In this document: one piece after another, positions 24,302 to 42,705 of the stretch | Layout: every line of letters begins with the position of its first letter | Position numbering within the stretch: the first letter of the stretch is position 1 | NCBI GenBank assembly: GCA_030770535.1 | Contig: JASVEC010000014.1 | Location: forward strand, 62,001-126,000 | DNA length: 64,000 nucleotides | From: Batkoa obscura | Taxonomy: Eukaryota | Direction: 5' to 3' | The notes under the pieces: model-generated | Told to the model about the DNA's origin: nothing | The model's input: only the letters and a program-made list of their open reading frames with translations | Databases searched by the model: none | Position numbers and translations under genes: made by a program

Positions 24302-25656
24302 CAATGTTATTCTATAATAGAATACTGATCTAAAGGATATAACTAAATTAAAAGACATCATTAAGCTATAAATCAAAATAAATGTAAATATGTATATTTA
24401 TACTATTTCGTAGGTATATAATAAATAAATACTGTTAAAAATGTAAGCTTAAAAAGTGTGATATTATATGATATTTATAACCTTAAACGTTTTTAAACTA
24501 ATGTTTGAGTTTAATAAAATGACTTTAAATATAAACTTTAAATATAAACTTTTATAGACTGTATTTAACTGAATGACTTACTAGCTAGTTTGATCAAATA
24601 TAAAAAAGTTTATTTGAGTCTTTTCATATAAAACCATACATAGTTACAATGAAAAACGTATTATTGCTTTATCATCATATTACAATGTTATTACAAATTA
24701 CTCCTTTAAATGGTAATATGAGATTTGATCTATAAATAAATATCCTATTTTTAGAATCTAAAAATACTTTTAGTAAAACAGAATGATCACTGAAAATTAA
24801 ACCCATTTATAATGACTTCTTTAATTCTTAGATCATGAACTACACTATATTAATGGGCCGAGTATGTAGTTTCTATAGTTTAAGTAGTGTAATTTATGCT
24901 TATTTTCTTAATAGTAGCTAGGTTCTATAGTTTTATCTAGTATTGTATTAAGTATATCATTTGATTTGGTTTAAACTACATTACTTTGTTATGTGATTGT
25001 TTTTATAATAAACTATATTTTACAATAATGTAAAACATAGATGAGCTTGGTAAGTTTTAATAGTTCAATCACTGCTATTACTTAAATATAGGTGTTATAT
25101 TTAATTTTGTTCCTGATTAGCTATTTAAACTAAATTTCTATTTATTTTACATACGTTTCGTACTCAAATAAAATGCGATTTTGTAATATTACTTTTAGTG
25201 TACTTCATTAAACAAAATTATTTCTTATCACTATTACTTAAATTTGATAAGAAAATGGAGGTTCAAATTAAAAAAATAAACTAAGTTGTTTTAAATAGAC
25301 TTAAATTAATATTTGAGATATGTTATGTAATTTGTTAACTTATTTTGTTATAATAAATTCTCCTTCGTTTTGATGTAGATTACCTATATATTATTCCTGA
25401 ATAATATTTATTTTAAAATGTAAGAGATCAAAAATAGTTTTTAGATACTAATTGGGGTTGAAATTCATATTTATCTTAATTTAATTGGTTGAATTTTAAA
25501 AAAACAAATAAACAGAACTTTATCTGGTTACATCATACACTAATTTGAGGCAATAGTGAACAATATACCCAATTACACCGCCACTATAAAAAGAAAGCAA
25601 CTGTCATAACACTCTTCTATTTTAAAATTTTAAAATTTAACACTTATTATAGCACC

Positions 25657-27156
25657 ATGGCACTTGATTTACAATCCATCAAACAAAGGTTTGAAAAAGC
25701 CAACCAAGGCCACGTTTTTGCCTTTTATGATACCCTCGATCAAGAGCAACAACAATCTTTATTAAAACAATTAAATGACATTGATGTTGATAGTGTAAAT
25801 GATCTCTATAAAAGGGCCATCACAGGAAGTACTTCGCAAGGTGCTGCTGACATCCAACCCTTACCAAAAGATGCTTTTGATTCCGTATTATCTGCTCCTT
25901 CCGATAAAAAAAGTACATGGTGGAACAAAGGGATTGAATTAATTGGTCAAAATAAAGTAGCCGTATTACTTTTAGCTGGGGGTCAAGGTACACGCTTAGG
26001 CTCCTCCGATCCAAAAGGGTGTTATGATATTGGTCTTCCATCTAAAAAGTCTCTCTTCCAACTTCAAGCCGAGCGTATTATTCGTCTCCAGGAGTTGGCG
26101 CAAGGAAAAGCCCAAGGTAAAAAAGTTATTATTACATGGTATATTATGACCTCAGGTCCTACTCGTTCTGCTACAGAAGCCTTTTTTGTTAGAAATAATT
26201 ATTTTGGATTAAATTCAAATGATGTTATTTTTTTCAACCAAGGTGTTCTTCCATGCTTGACTAATGAAGGTAAAATTATTCTAGAAGATAAGTCTAAGGT
26301 AAATTTAATACAACGTATTTTTTGATATAAACTAAAATAAGATTTTAAGGTTGCCGTAGCTCCAGATGGCAACGGTGGTATCTATCCTGCTCTTCGTAAG
26401 GAAGGTATTATTAACCATATGGTTAAAAGGGGTGTTGAGTACATCCACTCATACTGCGTAGATAACTGTTTGGTCCGTGTTGCTGATCCAGCCTTTATTG
26501 GATACTCAGTATTAAATAATGCTGAATGTGGTGCTAAAGTAGTTCCTAAAGCTCATCCAAATGAAGCTGTTGGTGTCATCTGTGTCAAGGATAACAAATT
26601 CAGTGTTGTTGAATATAGTGAAATTACAAATGAAATGGCTGAGCGCATAGACGATAATGGTAACCTTGTATTCGGAGCTGGCAACATCTGTAATCACTTT
26701 TACAGTATTGGGTTTTTACAGCGTATGAAGGAAATTGAAGATAAACTTGAGTATCATATTGCTAGAAAGAAGATTAAGTTTATTGACCTTAAAACTGGTG
26801 AAAAAGTCAGTCCAAGCAAGCCTAATGGAATGAAACTTGAAGCTTTTGTTTTTGATGTTTTTCCATTTACCAGCAGCTTCTCAGTGCTTGAAGTTGACCG
26901 TAAAGAAGAATTTTCTCCACTAAAGAATGCACCTGGATCTGGAAGCGATTGCCCAGAAACTTCTCGTCAAGATATTATCTCTCAACATGTCAGGTTTGTT
27001 GAAGCTGCTGGTGGTAAGGTCGAAGGCGACGTCAACGCTATTGATTTTGAAATATCTCCTTTGGTAACATACGCTGGAGAAGGGCTTGAAACTGTTAATG
27101 GAAAAGTGTTAAAGCCAGCTTATATTAATGATTTAGAAAAGCTAAAGAGTTTATAA
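25657..27156 (+). CDS. UAP1: UDP-N-acetylglucosamine pyrophosphorylase, 2 exons
   Basis: Motifs LLAGGQGTRLG, PKG, APDGNGG, YCVDN, VVEYSE, KLEAFVFD, EFSPLKN. Intron about 26299-26349. Confidence 0.97.
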
Positions 27157-27560
27157 GAAACTTGTCTTAATTGTTATTTTAGCAGAGATAAGTTATAATG
27201 ATCTATTATTCTTTTAATACCATTTCATTCCGTCATTGCTGAACCCTAGATATTATTTATCCTTATTATAGTAACTAATAATAATTAGTTGATTTTATTA
27301 AACAATCACTTGATTTATATTTTAAACTAATGCTTATTTACGATTTAAGTTTTTTATTATATTTATTATTTTACGTGTATATAGTTACTATTTTAATATA
27401 TAAGATTCCAATTTTAATAACCTTTATTCTGGTAAAGCAAAAAATTTAACAAAATTTCATGTGGCTTTTATTTTATGTCATTAAATCCGTACATCAAGCT
27501 ACAAAATAGAAAAAATCAAAGTCTTATTTAATATTTTACTACTATCAAATAATCAGAAAT

Positions 27561-31537
<3,977 letters not shown>

Positions 31538-31725
31538 GGTAGACCTAAGTGTTATGAGTAGGCAAGTAAAGAGAGTTTTTTTTGATTGCTTGATAATAAT
31601 AAAAATCTAAAAATATGATCCTAGCTTAATCATAGTATAAAGCAAATTAAAATTAGAGTAAACTCATATACAAACAACAAAATTAAAATCATCTGTGAAA
31701 AAACTATTTTACTTTATTTCACTAT

Positions 31726-33650
31726 TTAAATGCCTTCTTTCATATTAAAAAGATGAGGTAAAAGAGTTTTGTAAAATTCTAGACCTTCTAAGACAGTGGA
31801 CTCTCTGACATACTCATCATGATCATGCAAAAGCACTGGAGTTAATTTGAGTGGACTTACCCCGTAAGCAGGTACTCCAATTTGGCGTAGATATCTAATT
31901 TAAAAATCAGTTTTACAAAATCCAATTAAAGACAGATAAAAATACCTTGAGTCTAATAAATAATTTATATTTGAAGCCAATGGTTAATATGATGTAACAT
32001 AAAATTACGTTATAAAAGTTACTTACCTGTAGCAGCTGGAAATACTTCAAGTTCAATATTATGACCACTATAGTTTTTAGTAAACTCCAAACCAATATTC
32101 CTAATTAAGTTACCTTTCCTCACACCCTTTCGAGAATGCTTTCCACCAAGGATAATCTGAATTAGTTGATGTTACACCCCCAGATTCAAAATAAGAAACG
32201 AATTCGACTTTAGCTCTATGAAAATGTAACATTATTATTCGTTTTTTCCAAATCACTAAGATTATAGTCCTTTACCCATTTTCGTTTCCAATATCCTCAA
32301 GCATTTTACGGAACTCACTAAGGTTTCTGGTAGGTGCTATACGTATATCAAATACTAAAAATTAAATTAGAGTAAATTATAAAATGCTTTGTATAAAATA
32401 TAAGTGTACCAGCCTCAGCACTTTGGGGGACAACATTCACTTGGACACCAGACTATAAACCACGTTAGCTTGGAACTTAACAGTATAAAGAGGTCTTACA
32501 CTTAACATAGTAAGATTGAATGTAGTTACATCTCCTAATTTAAACTTTGAGGTTTCTTTTAACGTCGCTTCCTCTCTACAACGTAGCTCACTGATCCTTT
32601 CTTCGATTCTTCTCTATTTTACATAAATTAGGTATGATTATTATCAAAATTTAAACATACCAATTTATCCGTGGCTAAGTTTTCAATAAATTGACTACCA
32701 TGGCCTGTGTTACCATAGGCTGTGTATTTGACTTTCCTAAAATCGAACAGTTTTAGCTTTAACACGAAATTAATAACTATTTTATAATCCTATTTTACCA
32801 AGGTGTCCTTTCCCCATAAAAAACTTTATAAGCATCATTGACATTACTGATACCTGTAAAGAAATCAGCATTTTAATAAATTACAATAAAACTAAAACTT
32901 ACCTTCATCTAAAGCAAATCCAACGTTTAGATCCTTAAACTCTTGGCTTTTACAAAATATTTTCATCCCATCAAAACCATCGATTTCTTCATCTAAATTA
33001 CGTTACAATTTACACAAATGCATAATTTAGATTAAGTTACCTGGTACAAAAGTAACATGTATATCCCTTAATGGTTTTACTCCTTCCTTTTTAAGTTCTC
33101 TAATGGCCTCCAAATATCTACCCAAAAAAATTAAGCAAATCTTAGATAATTCAATCCAAAAAACCTACAAAATTCCAACAATTTTCATATCCTGAGCACC
33201 ACGAGCCAAAATAACAACATCTCCATTTTTATCAATGACTTTGTCTGCTGCAAATGGGTCATGAGTCCAGCAGTCCTTTTTATTATTAGAATGAATTGAA
33301 AATGAATTATATTTACCTCAAATACAGGTACCACATCGGTATGTGAATTTAACATGATTGAGGGTAAACTAGGATTGGAACCCTTCCAAGTTAGTATCAC
33401 TATTGGTTTACCTTGAATGTACTTGATAAAAGTATTAGCTTCCAGTTATCAAAATTTTAGCTTAGTAATATACCTCAATAACTTTACTTTCCAGCCCAAG
33501 TTCGTCCCCTAGTTTTATTAAGAAACTTTTACAGGATTCATAATCTGGGGTGGGTTGAACGGTTTTAATTCTTAGATATTTACGGAAATTCGTGACTGCT
33601 CTATGCTCTGAATTAGAAGGAGCGGCTGGGTATGGGTTTTTGAATGGCAT
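31726..33650 (-). CDS. ACY1: Aminoacylase-1 (M20 family), many short exons
   Basis: FRKYLRIKTVQPTPDY, IMLNSHTDVVP, ARGAQDMK, DEEIDG, GNTGHGS, FPAATDSRY, TPVLLHDHDEY. Confidence 0.92.
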
Positions 33651-33902
33651 TTTGATTAGAAATTATACTATTTTTTTGATAGTATTTAAATTTAAAGCAA
33701 AATTAATTTGGTGACGTGACTTAAATTTAAAATTGAATGATTTACTAGGTTTTATTTTAGAATTCGAAGATGTAAAAAATATAAAAGCGATATTGTCAAT
33801 ACCTTTTATAGCATGATTTAACAGCTTTTTATTATACCATATTTTATTAAATTTAAAACCAATAATTTGAGTATAATACTAATTAATAATTTTAATTAAA
33901 AA

Positions 33903-36900
33903 TCAAAGCATCCAAGACAAAGACTCTTCAAAATCATTATCACTAATGATGGGGGTATCAATATTTTTAACTGCTAAATCACCACAAATTGGACAATCAT
34001 AAGCTATAATGTCATCTAAATCAGACTAAAATAATTAGAATATTAACAAACATATATACTAATAGTAGTAGTAGAAATTACTTTCAACTTGTTAATATGG
34101 TTTCTTTTTTCAGTAATCAAATCTTCAGATACCGATTTCAATCCTGATATTTCTTTAGTAAGAAGTTGCTGTATCTGACTTAATTTCTGATTTTCCGATT
34201 TTGATAAGTTATTCGAAACCTAAGGTAAAAATTGTAAAATTAATTAGCTTACTAATAAAGACCGATCTTACTTTTTTAATTAAACAGTCAGAATGAAAAG
34301 GATGTTGGCAGGGGAATATGTAAAATTGTCTTGTCAAAATATTATTTAAGCATATAATACACTTTTCTTTTGGTGATAATAAAACAAATCTAAAAACGAA
34401 ATTAAAACAACTTCATTATTGTTATTATTATTCGATACTTTACCTTGATTTTTGATTTTTGATATCTAATCTCAGCTTTTCAGCAGACTTAGTAGCCATA
34501 TCCATTTCATGTTTGATATCTTGAATATCCAAGTTATACTGTTCTAAAGCATTACAAATTTCTTCTTTAAATTCATCAATCTGTACGAAATCTGGAAAAT
34601 AAGGTAAGATGTCTTCTATCTTAATAACCTCGTTTTGTTGCAATAAATTGATAGCACTGAATAAAATTAATAAAAATTATTATTAACATCAAAATTTCAT
34701 TCTAATCAAATTACCCGCTGATATCTTTCTTTTCCTCAATAATATAACGTGCTATTTTCAACCATAATCTTTTACGCCTATCACTATCATCTTCTACTTT
34801 ATCTGCATTAATTTTGGCTAATTCAATGTCTTGATACTTAAACAAAAGTTAATAATACTTCAGTAACGCTAAATAAGGTTTACTTTTAAAGAGGTATTAA
34901 CAGCTTCATCATATAACCCTAACAAGCTATAGATAAAAATAATAGATTGAATACGATGATATTGGAAACAAAGTCTTAAAGCATAATCTAGATTGTAGTA
35001 CCTTTCCTATAAAAATAGTAGTGGTTAATCTTACTTTACAACGGTCTCATAACACAAACTTACCTCCGCCATAAGGAATTGTAATAATGTGTTTTCATTA
35101 TCTTCTGATTGCTGAACATACAAAGATAATAGTAAATTATGAATTGAAGGTGTCTTACAATTTAGTTTACTAATAATAAATTGTAAATATCTTATAGATT
35201 GATTTTGAATATCTTTAAATTTATCTGAATCAAATTTCAATAATGCTGGTATCAACTTGATAGGGTCCAATTTATTTGTTCGCATTAATAAGGTCACTAA
35301 ATCTTCAGGTATATGCTCCATTAATATTACTGAATATTTATAATATAATTCAAGAGATTGCTATAAATAAAATAAAATAAACAGCTACTCAAATACATAC
35401 TGATATTTTAGTTTACCTGTTTACTTAAGGCCTGTAAAGCCATTGAAAATTGGTGAATAAGGATATAATGGTTAATAACCTTATCATAATCCTTCATAAT
35501 TTCAGCAAAATAAATGAATTGATCTGTTCTACCGTAATTAGAGATTAGATCGTAAATCACTTTTTTGTTCAAGTAGGCTTTGTTATCATTCAAATATTTA
35601 TGGAATTCTCTAATGATATATTCAATCTCTTCTAATATACGTTGATTCGAACTTCCCCCTTCATCATTAATTTCATCCACACTATTCTCTTCCATTTCAT
35701 TCATCTTTACTAAATATAACTCTGTGATCCATGTAGATAATAATATTGTTTGTGTAATATCCTAGGTTTTAAAACATGAGCTTTTATTATGACTATAAAT
35801 AAACAACAACTTACCGACTTATTGATATTCTCTAATTTGATTAATAAAAAAGATCTTAAAGCATCAAGTTCATTCTTTTGAATAAACTTTAAAGCAATTT
35901 GATCAAATGAAGCACGGCATTTACCAAAATAAGTAGCTGATAAATGATACCTTTGGGTATCAAAATATCTGTTAGCCTGTTCAAATAAAATTGCATCTTT
36001 TTGTTCGTTTGTTTTGGCATATTTAAGACCCTCATTAAACATTTTTTTGTTTAAATAATGTCGCCACACATTCCTGTCCTCATCTGTAATAATAATCTCA
36101 TAAATTGAATCCTCTGTATGGATCCAAAATGTCCTTCTTACATAATCCATAATCACTTGTTTGGCATATTGTTGTATACCAAATCTGGATGGTATGTTTT
36201 CTTTATAAACCACTTCAAAATTTAATTTTGATATCGCCATTATTTTTTCTTCATATAGCAAAATGATATGGAACTCTGTTAATGAAATAGATAATGGTAT
36301 TTCTTGGTTAGGGTATGGTATCAACTGTCCGTTCTCTATCAAATTTCCTCCTTTTTCTTGAGAACCAAAAATAAAATCTCCATAATAAATACCGGCACCT
36401 AATTAAAAAATGTTACTACATAATATGACTACATAACCCAATATTACCTGTTAACCAAGCAAAGTTAGATACTAATGAATGGAACTCTTTTTCTACATTA
36501 TTAGAAAAATAATGAGTTTCAGAATGTTGAATATCGCCAGGAACTTCTTGAAATTGGGGATTTTCTCCATACTGATAGAAGATATCCAAAAATCTAGACT
36601 TATCACCTTTCTTATATTTACCGATAAACTGGAATAGCTTATCATTACTAGTAACCATAACAAAATATTGATAAGGGTCGGTTGGAAAAGCTTGATAATA
36701 AATAGAACAAATGGCCACTTCTTCTTTAAACTTGTATATATTTTTGATCCTTTTATCCTGTGTTTTGAAACTTTCTTCTTTAGCTTCAATTACCAATTCA
36801 AAAATATTCCCATCTTTGCATCCCACTAATATATATCCGGTGCTTATACTGTTCTCATTTATACTTTTATCGAATGCAATAGATTCTACTAAATATCCCT

Positions 36901-37405
36901 TATTAGATCATTAGAATTTACTTACAAAAAAATCATTGCAAATAATACTTACGTTCAATTTGTGAATTATTTGAATTTTAGGGAGTCTTTTATTGTAATA
37001 AAAAAACTTCATATCCAAAGTGGAAATGAAGATATGTTGTCCAGTAACGTCAATAAAAATTTTATGAGGAGTACCTGCTTCATTAGGTAACTGAATACCT
37101 AAAAAAAACTAGATAAATAATTTTGTAATATACAGTGTTATTCCTTTACTTAATATGTCATCTGCCATCAACAAGTCTACAATAAGGAAATGCTTATTCC
37201 TTAATAATAAAACCAGCTGGTTATTGGCAACTGAAAAATGAATCAACTTATCTGGTAGCTCAAACTGTACTTGATCTAAAGTAAAGATTTCTATCTCCTC
37301 TTTCTTCTTTTTTGGTGTATCCATAATCATCACCGCTTCCTCTAGAACACCATAAGACTCCTCTACTACCTCTGGTTCTTCACTCCATAAACTCAAGTCC
37401 GCCAT
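33903..37405 (-). CDS. VPS18: HOPS/CORVET subunit Vps18/Pep3 (multi-exon)
   Basis: Pep3 domain (LTEFHIILL, DEDRNVW), KIEDILPYFPDFVQIDEFKEEIC, and a C-terminal RING (FYIFPCQHPFHSDCL...CPICG). Confidence 0.93.
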
Positions 37406-37596
37406 TTTGAAATTGATTAAATAACTTTTTTGCTTTTGTCATTCTTTTTTAGTTTTGCCACTCTAATTCTTACGAAAATGAGAATTTGCAGTAAGATGGA
37501 AAACAATCAATTTTTGCAATGATAAGGATTATGAATAAATTCCAACTATAACACTTAGAAAACTTTGGGAACTGAGGTTTTTTAATTTTAAAAAAA

Positions 37597-37926
37597 ATGA
37601 AAGAAAAGAGTATCAGAGGGAATAAAAAGACAGGCCAAAAACCATATCAAAAAAAGAAGCAGAATAAGCAAAAGGATAAAGATTTAGTGGAAAAAATAGA
37701 TAGTCAAAATATACATCAAATTCAGAGGGAAAGTTTAAGTAACGTTAAAGTTATCGATAGGAACCTAAAAGTAAAGGTAAGTGTTTTTTAAACTAAAGAA
37801 AAGAATAAACGTTGATTGTTTTTATAGGAAAGAAAAGAAAGGTTCAAAAAAGAAGCGGCAGAGTTTGAAAAAACACAAAATGATTTAAATCTAACGTTGG
37901 AAATGTTCAAGAATACAAAAGTGTAG
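37597..37926 (+). CDS. Small basic coiled-coil hypothetical protein, 2 exons
   Basis: ATG in an A-rich context, gtaagt donor at 37777, acceptor at about 37828, and an in-frame second exon ending TAG. Divergent from VPS18. Confidence 0.6.
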
Positions 37927-38056
37927 ATTTTTTTAGATGACTTTATTTATAGACTCTTTATTCATTTTTTAATTAAAAATAAACCACCATAATTTAAATT
38001 ATTTATTGTATAAATTTGATAGTAGTTAGAAAGAAAAATACGACATAAACATTTGA

Positions 38057-38152
38057 TATGGGATGTATTTTTTATTTTAGTAATATCGAATAAATTTTAA
38101 GTTTATACGATAAATGGAAAAATAAATCAAATCAAGAAAAACAATTACATGT
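38057..38152 (+). mobile_element. MITE relic
   Basis: tatgggatgtattttt...aaatggaaaaat. Confidence 0.45.
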
Positions 38153-38476
38153 TATAAAGTAAATATATAAATCATTAAACAATAGAAGATAATATAATAA
38201 TTGAATACAATTTTTACCCTGAATTCATAATATTTTTTGTTAAAGATTACGATTTGATAATGTAATAATATATAATTAATCTTCTATAGGCTTATCGTTT
38301 ATTAAAAATCAATAATAAAATTAATATCGATATCTAATTTTTACTTTTATTTTATTTTTAAAGAAGAGCATACTGTATTATTTTGTAAATATAATACATA
38401 TTTTGAGTAATTTAATAAAGCTTGATGATTAAATAAAACAAAAATTACTTAAAACTTAAAATATAGTGTTTAGATT

Positions 38477-39603
38477 TTATTTTAAGATAAATTTCCAAAT
38501 TTCCTGAATAAAGGGTTAATTGTTATTCTTATTATAAAAATATCACTTACTAGCTGCTCTGTTCTTTCATAGTTATTAATAAATTTCGGAAAATCGATGG
38601 CTACTTTTTCAAATTTAAGTTTGCTGCAATATGGCTCTTGGTTTGCAAGTTCGAATAAATAATCATATGCTTCAGCTACAACCTTTAATTTATTTAAACA
38701 AAAATTGATTCTTTAAACAAAATTAACATTATTTTATATTATCATTATCATAAAACTACCTTTTTTCAATACTTAAAAATAAAGTAGGAGATTCTCTTGT
38801 TGAACATTGTAACAAATTCAAAACTATGTTTAGAAATCCTTTTGTTAATGGATTATCGTAAACAACTATGAAACATTAAGTCATTTCTATTATTTTTAAA
38901 TGTATTTACCATCTGCTGCAAAGAAATATTTTATGTCTTTACATGATTTTATCGTTTCTTGTTGATCCCAACTAAACTCATCTATAATACCAGTTCCTTC
39001 GCCACCATCCATCAATTTAGCTTCCATCCAATCTACTCTTTTAAATTCAAACCTATACGAGTCGCCTTCATTTAACTGAAGAACGTTATATTGACAAATT
39101 GTAAGTACTTCTTTTAAATAATCTAGATTTAGTTAATATTAAGTTAATTAATATTACTCAATCTTACCTGTGCAATAAACTTTACTAGCTTTGATAAATG
39201 AAATTATAAGCCCAAGCAAACCAAGCCCACTTCCTAATTCAAATACAGTTTCTCCTTTAAACTCGCTATTGTTATGTAAAACAAAATCGGAAAGAATTAA
39301 AGCCCCTGCCCAAAGTTGTTCTCCTTAGATTTATTTGTCATAAGTCATACAAAATATTATTTCAAATATAGAACTACCAACTAAGTCTAATTCAGTACCA
39401 TAGGTAAATTTTAATCTAATCTGTTTAGGAAGATCCAAACTGTTTATTTGTAATAAAGATTCATCGATATTAATTGTTAATATATGATGTCCCCCATCCA
39501 ATGTAATCGGTTGATTTATTTCAGTTATTTCGGATACAATTAAACTATTAAAACGATCTTCGTCACTGTAACATTCATCAAAGCTTTCACTTTTACCTTC
39601 CAT
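38477..39603 (-). CDS. METTL22-like protein methyltransferase (Methyltransf_16), multi-exon
   Basis: T.L..VGEQLWAGALILSDF, VFELGSGLG, ELDW-like motif, FAAD.VYD. Confidence 0.8.
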
Positions 39604-39666
39604 GGTATTAAAAATACAAAAAGAAACAAAAAATTTAAAATGAAAAATTTATTTAAAAATTTCTAT

Positions 39667-40213
39667 TTAAAGTTCACCACAGTCAGCAATAACAATCTTG
39701 GCTGAGGTTCTTCCAGAGTTGGAACCGTAACCTTCAACTTTCTTGACAACATCCATACCTTCAACAACTGATCCAAATACAACGTGTTTGCCGTCTAACC
39801 ATTCAGTCTTAACAGTGCAAAGGAAGAATTGGGATCCGTTAGTATGTGGTCCAGCATTAGCCATAGAAAGAATACCAGGTCCTATAAAATATATTCAGTA
39901 TTAAAAATAAAAAATAGTTTAAAAATAGTTTACCAGTATGTTTAAGAGTGAAGTTTTCATCTCTGAACTTTTCACCATAGATGGATTTACCACCAGTACC
40001 GTTATGGTTGGTGAAGTCACCACCTTGACACATGAAGTTTGGAATGACACGATGGAAAGAGCAACCTTTATAGCCATATCCTTTTTCACCAGTACATAAG
40101 GCACGGAAATTTTCAGCGGTGTTTGGAACAACATCTTTACGAAGCTCCATAACGATACGACCTAATGATTGATCATTGGCGGTGATATCGAAAAATACTT
40201 TTGGGTTGGCCAT
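39667..40213 (-). CDS. CPR1: Cyclophilin A peptidyl-prolyl isomerase, 2 exons
   Basis: [49 protein letters not shown]. Confidence 0.98.
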
Positions 40214-40509
40214 TTTACTTTAACTTTAAACGAGTTTTAAACCTGATTAATAGTTCGAAAAATTTCGCTTTCGTCAGTCTTTTTATAAGCCTCGAATTAT
40301 GGGATTCCCGTCATTTTTTTGACTGCAAAGTTTTTTATTGTGATTGTTTTTAATTACCAATTAAATTTTATAATTTACATTTTTGTTCTGCTATTTGTAA
40401 CTTATGATGTAATATAATGCAAAAATAGATATTTTGTCCTTAAATTAACGTTTTGGGATGCTTAGCTAACTTGATTAAATTTGTGAATTACTAATAATAT
40501 TACTGACGC

Positions 40510-41575
40510 ATGGAAGGAATTGACTACAATATAATACTTCAAGATTATCTTGATGGTAACTAAAAAAACTATTACAAAAATCAGAACATTAAAATAGCAA
40601 TATTAGAATTATCTCATTTAAGATCGGAATTTATAAAAACGTTTACAAAGGTTAAAGAAAATTCAAAAGATATTCAAAGTATGTTATAAATGTTTATTAA
40701 TTTTTTATTTATTTTATTTAAAGAGGTTCGAACTCGTCTGGATCTAAGAGAAAAATCTTTATCAAAGTTTTATGAAACTAATGGCTTTACTAATGGCGTA
40801 AATCCTCAAGAAGCTCAAGTTATGGGCAAAGTCGATAAAGAGTTTAAAACAGCTTTAAATAAATGTGAAGACTCAAAAGCACGCTTAAAAAATTTAAAAA
40901 CTATGGTAAATTAAAAATAAGAAAATGATAATAGTTAATATCTAAAATTAGCTTGAAATTCGTATAAACAAAATGAACAGTGAAGCATTAATTTGGGATC
41001 CGACAGCTAAAAGTTTACATGAAAATGGGGAAGATCATACTAATCTTGATGCGAATGGCTATAAAGTAACTACAGTTCCTGGTACTTTGTTATTATTTTA
41101 TGAAACTTTGTTATTAATAATACTAGAAAAAAGGAAAATATCGGTTGTTAGTGCCAGCCAAGTAAGTATAAGCTCAAGACAAAAAACTGGAACTCATGCT
41201 AGACAAAAGAAACCTCCGAAGTAATATCTTTTTCCTGCTTATCGAATATATAACTAATAGTATTATAGGGGCTCACATCAGAGAGATAAAACAGTTATTA
41301 AAATAAGTAGTGAGAACGGAAATATTACAAGAGAAGAAGAGTTTGAAGAAAGCGAAAATGACGACCGCCTATATTGCTTTTGTAGCAGAGAATCGTTTGG
41401 GGATATGGTTGGCTGTGATGGGGAGGTAAAAAATATTAACTTCAATAGTGTTATTTATTAATATCGATAGAATTGTCCTCATGAATGGTTTCATTATGAA
41501 TGTGTTGGCTTAACTGAACCGCCAAAAGGATCGTGGCATTGTCCCTCGTGCTCCGCAGCCCTTAATATTGTTTAA
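40510..41575 (+). CDS. ING-family PHD finger protein (Yng/Pho23-like), multi-exon
   Basis: N-terminal LQDYLD coiled-coil region. C-terminal [45 protein letters not shown]. Confidence 0.88.
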
Positions 41576-41881
41576 GCTTGATAAGCTATTATACGTTTAA
41601 TTTATGTGTTCAAAAATTGATACTAGTCTGGTAACCAAATACCAAATGGTCCCATTCTGTTGTATAACACTATGTGAATAGTAGAAACAATCAAACGTGT
41701 ACTGTTACTTCATTTATTAAAGATTTTATGAATATATTAGTATAGTTTTTTAAAAGTTTAGAAGCAGTTAATGGCAATTAATAATATTTTGAGCTAAAAA
41801 TTAAGTCAAATCAAATTTACTTAAAGGTAATATCTCATTGTATTAATAACACTTACAATAAAAATAGTTTTTTGCCTACTC

Positions 41882-41986
41882 TTTGGGGATGTATTTTCTT
41901 GTCTAAGAATTTCACTAACAATCTTTCCACTCAAATAGTGCTCAAAAAAACAGAAAAAGTGATGAAACCATAAAAACACCCCCATT
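41882..41986 (+). mobile_element. MITE copy
   Basis: tttggggatgtattttc...aaatagtgctc...aaaacacccccat. Confidence 0.85.
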
Positions 41987-42609
41987 TGTTTTAAACGTCA
42001 TATAGTTTATTATTTAGGAGTTAGGTATACTTTGGCTTTAATTTAACCAGTAATTTTTGCTATTTTTTAATACTTGACCATTGTAAGTAATAGAATAATT
42101 TTTAAAAGTTGTATTGTAAATTTTAAGCTTTGGCTATTTAATATATTATTGAGAACAACAAAGCTTAGTTGTAGAAAAATAAAAAATTTAAAATAATTCA
42201 AGTTATTTATATAAAGTTTAATTTACATTTTATTACTAACTTTAACAAAGTAAAGTTTTCGACTTGTAATTTTATACAAAATATCCCCGTATTTAATTAT
42301 TAAAATTGTTATAAATTTATAATTTGCTATTTTTAATTCACATTTGTTTTGCTTCAAGAAATTAAGTTAATAAAAATAGGAAATCATATTCTTTTTGTTT
42401 GCAATTTGTTTTAACTATTGATTCTAATTTCCAAGTTTTACTAACAGAAAATTCCAGCTTACTTTATTTACAATCATTTCTCAGATAATTTCCCATAAGT
42501 TGTGATCCCAATTTAATAAGCCAAAAGATATTATCGAAATCTTAATGTACCAATTAAATTGATTTTGGGGCAGCAAATCATAACTAATTGGTCGTAAAAG
42601 TCCAGCCTT

Positions 42610-42619
42610 GAAAATTTTC
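42610..42619 (+). promoter_or_regulatory. RRPE-like element upstream of SSB
   Basis: tgaaaatttt about 90 bp upstream of the ATG. The AT-rich background lowers specificity. Confidence 0.35.
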
Positions 42620-42705
42620 CAAAAATTTATTTAGCCCAATATGCCTAGCGAAAATCTTCCTTTGTCTTTGGACTTAATTACTGTCTTATTTACAAATTGA
42701 TAAAG

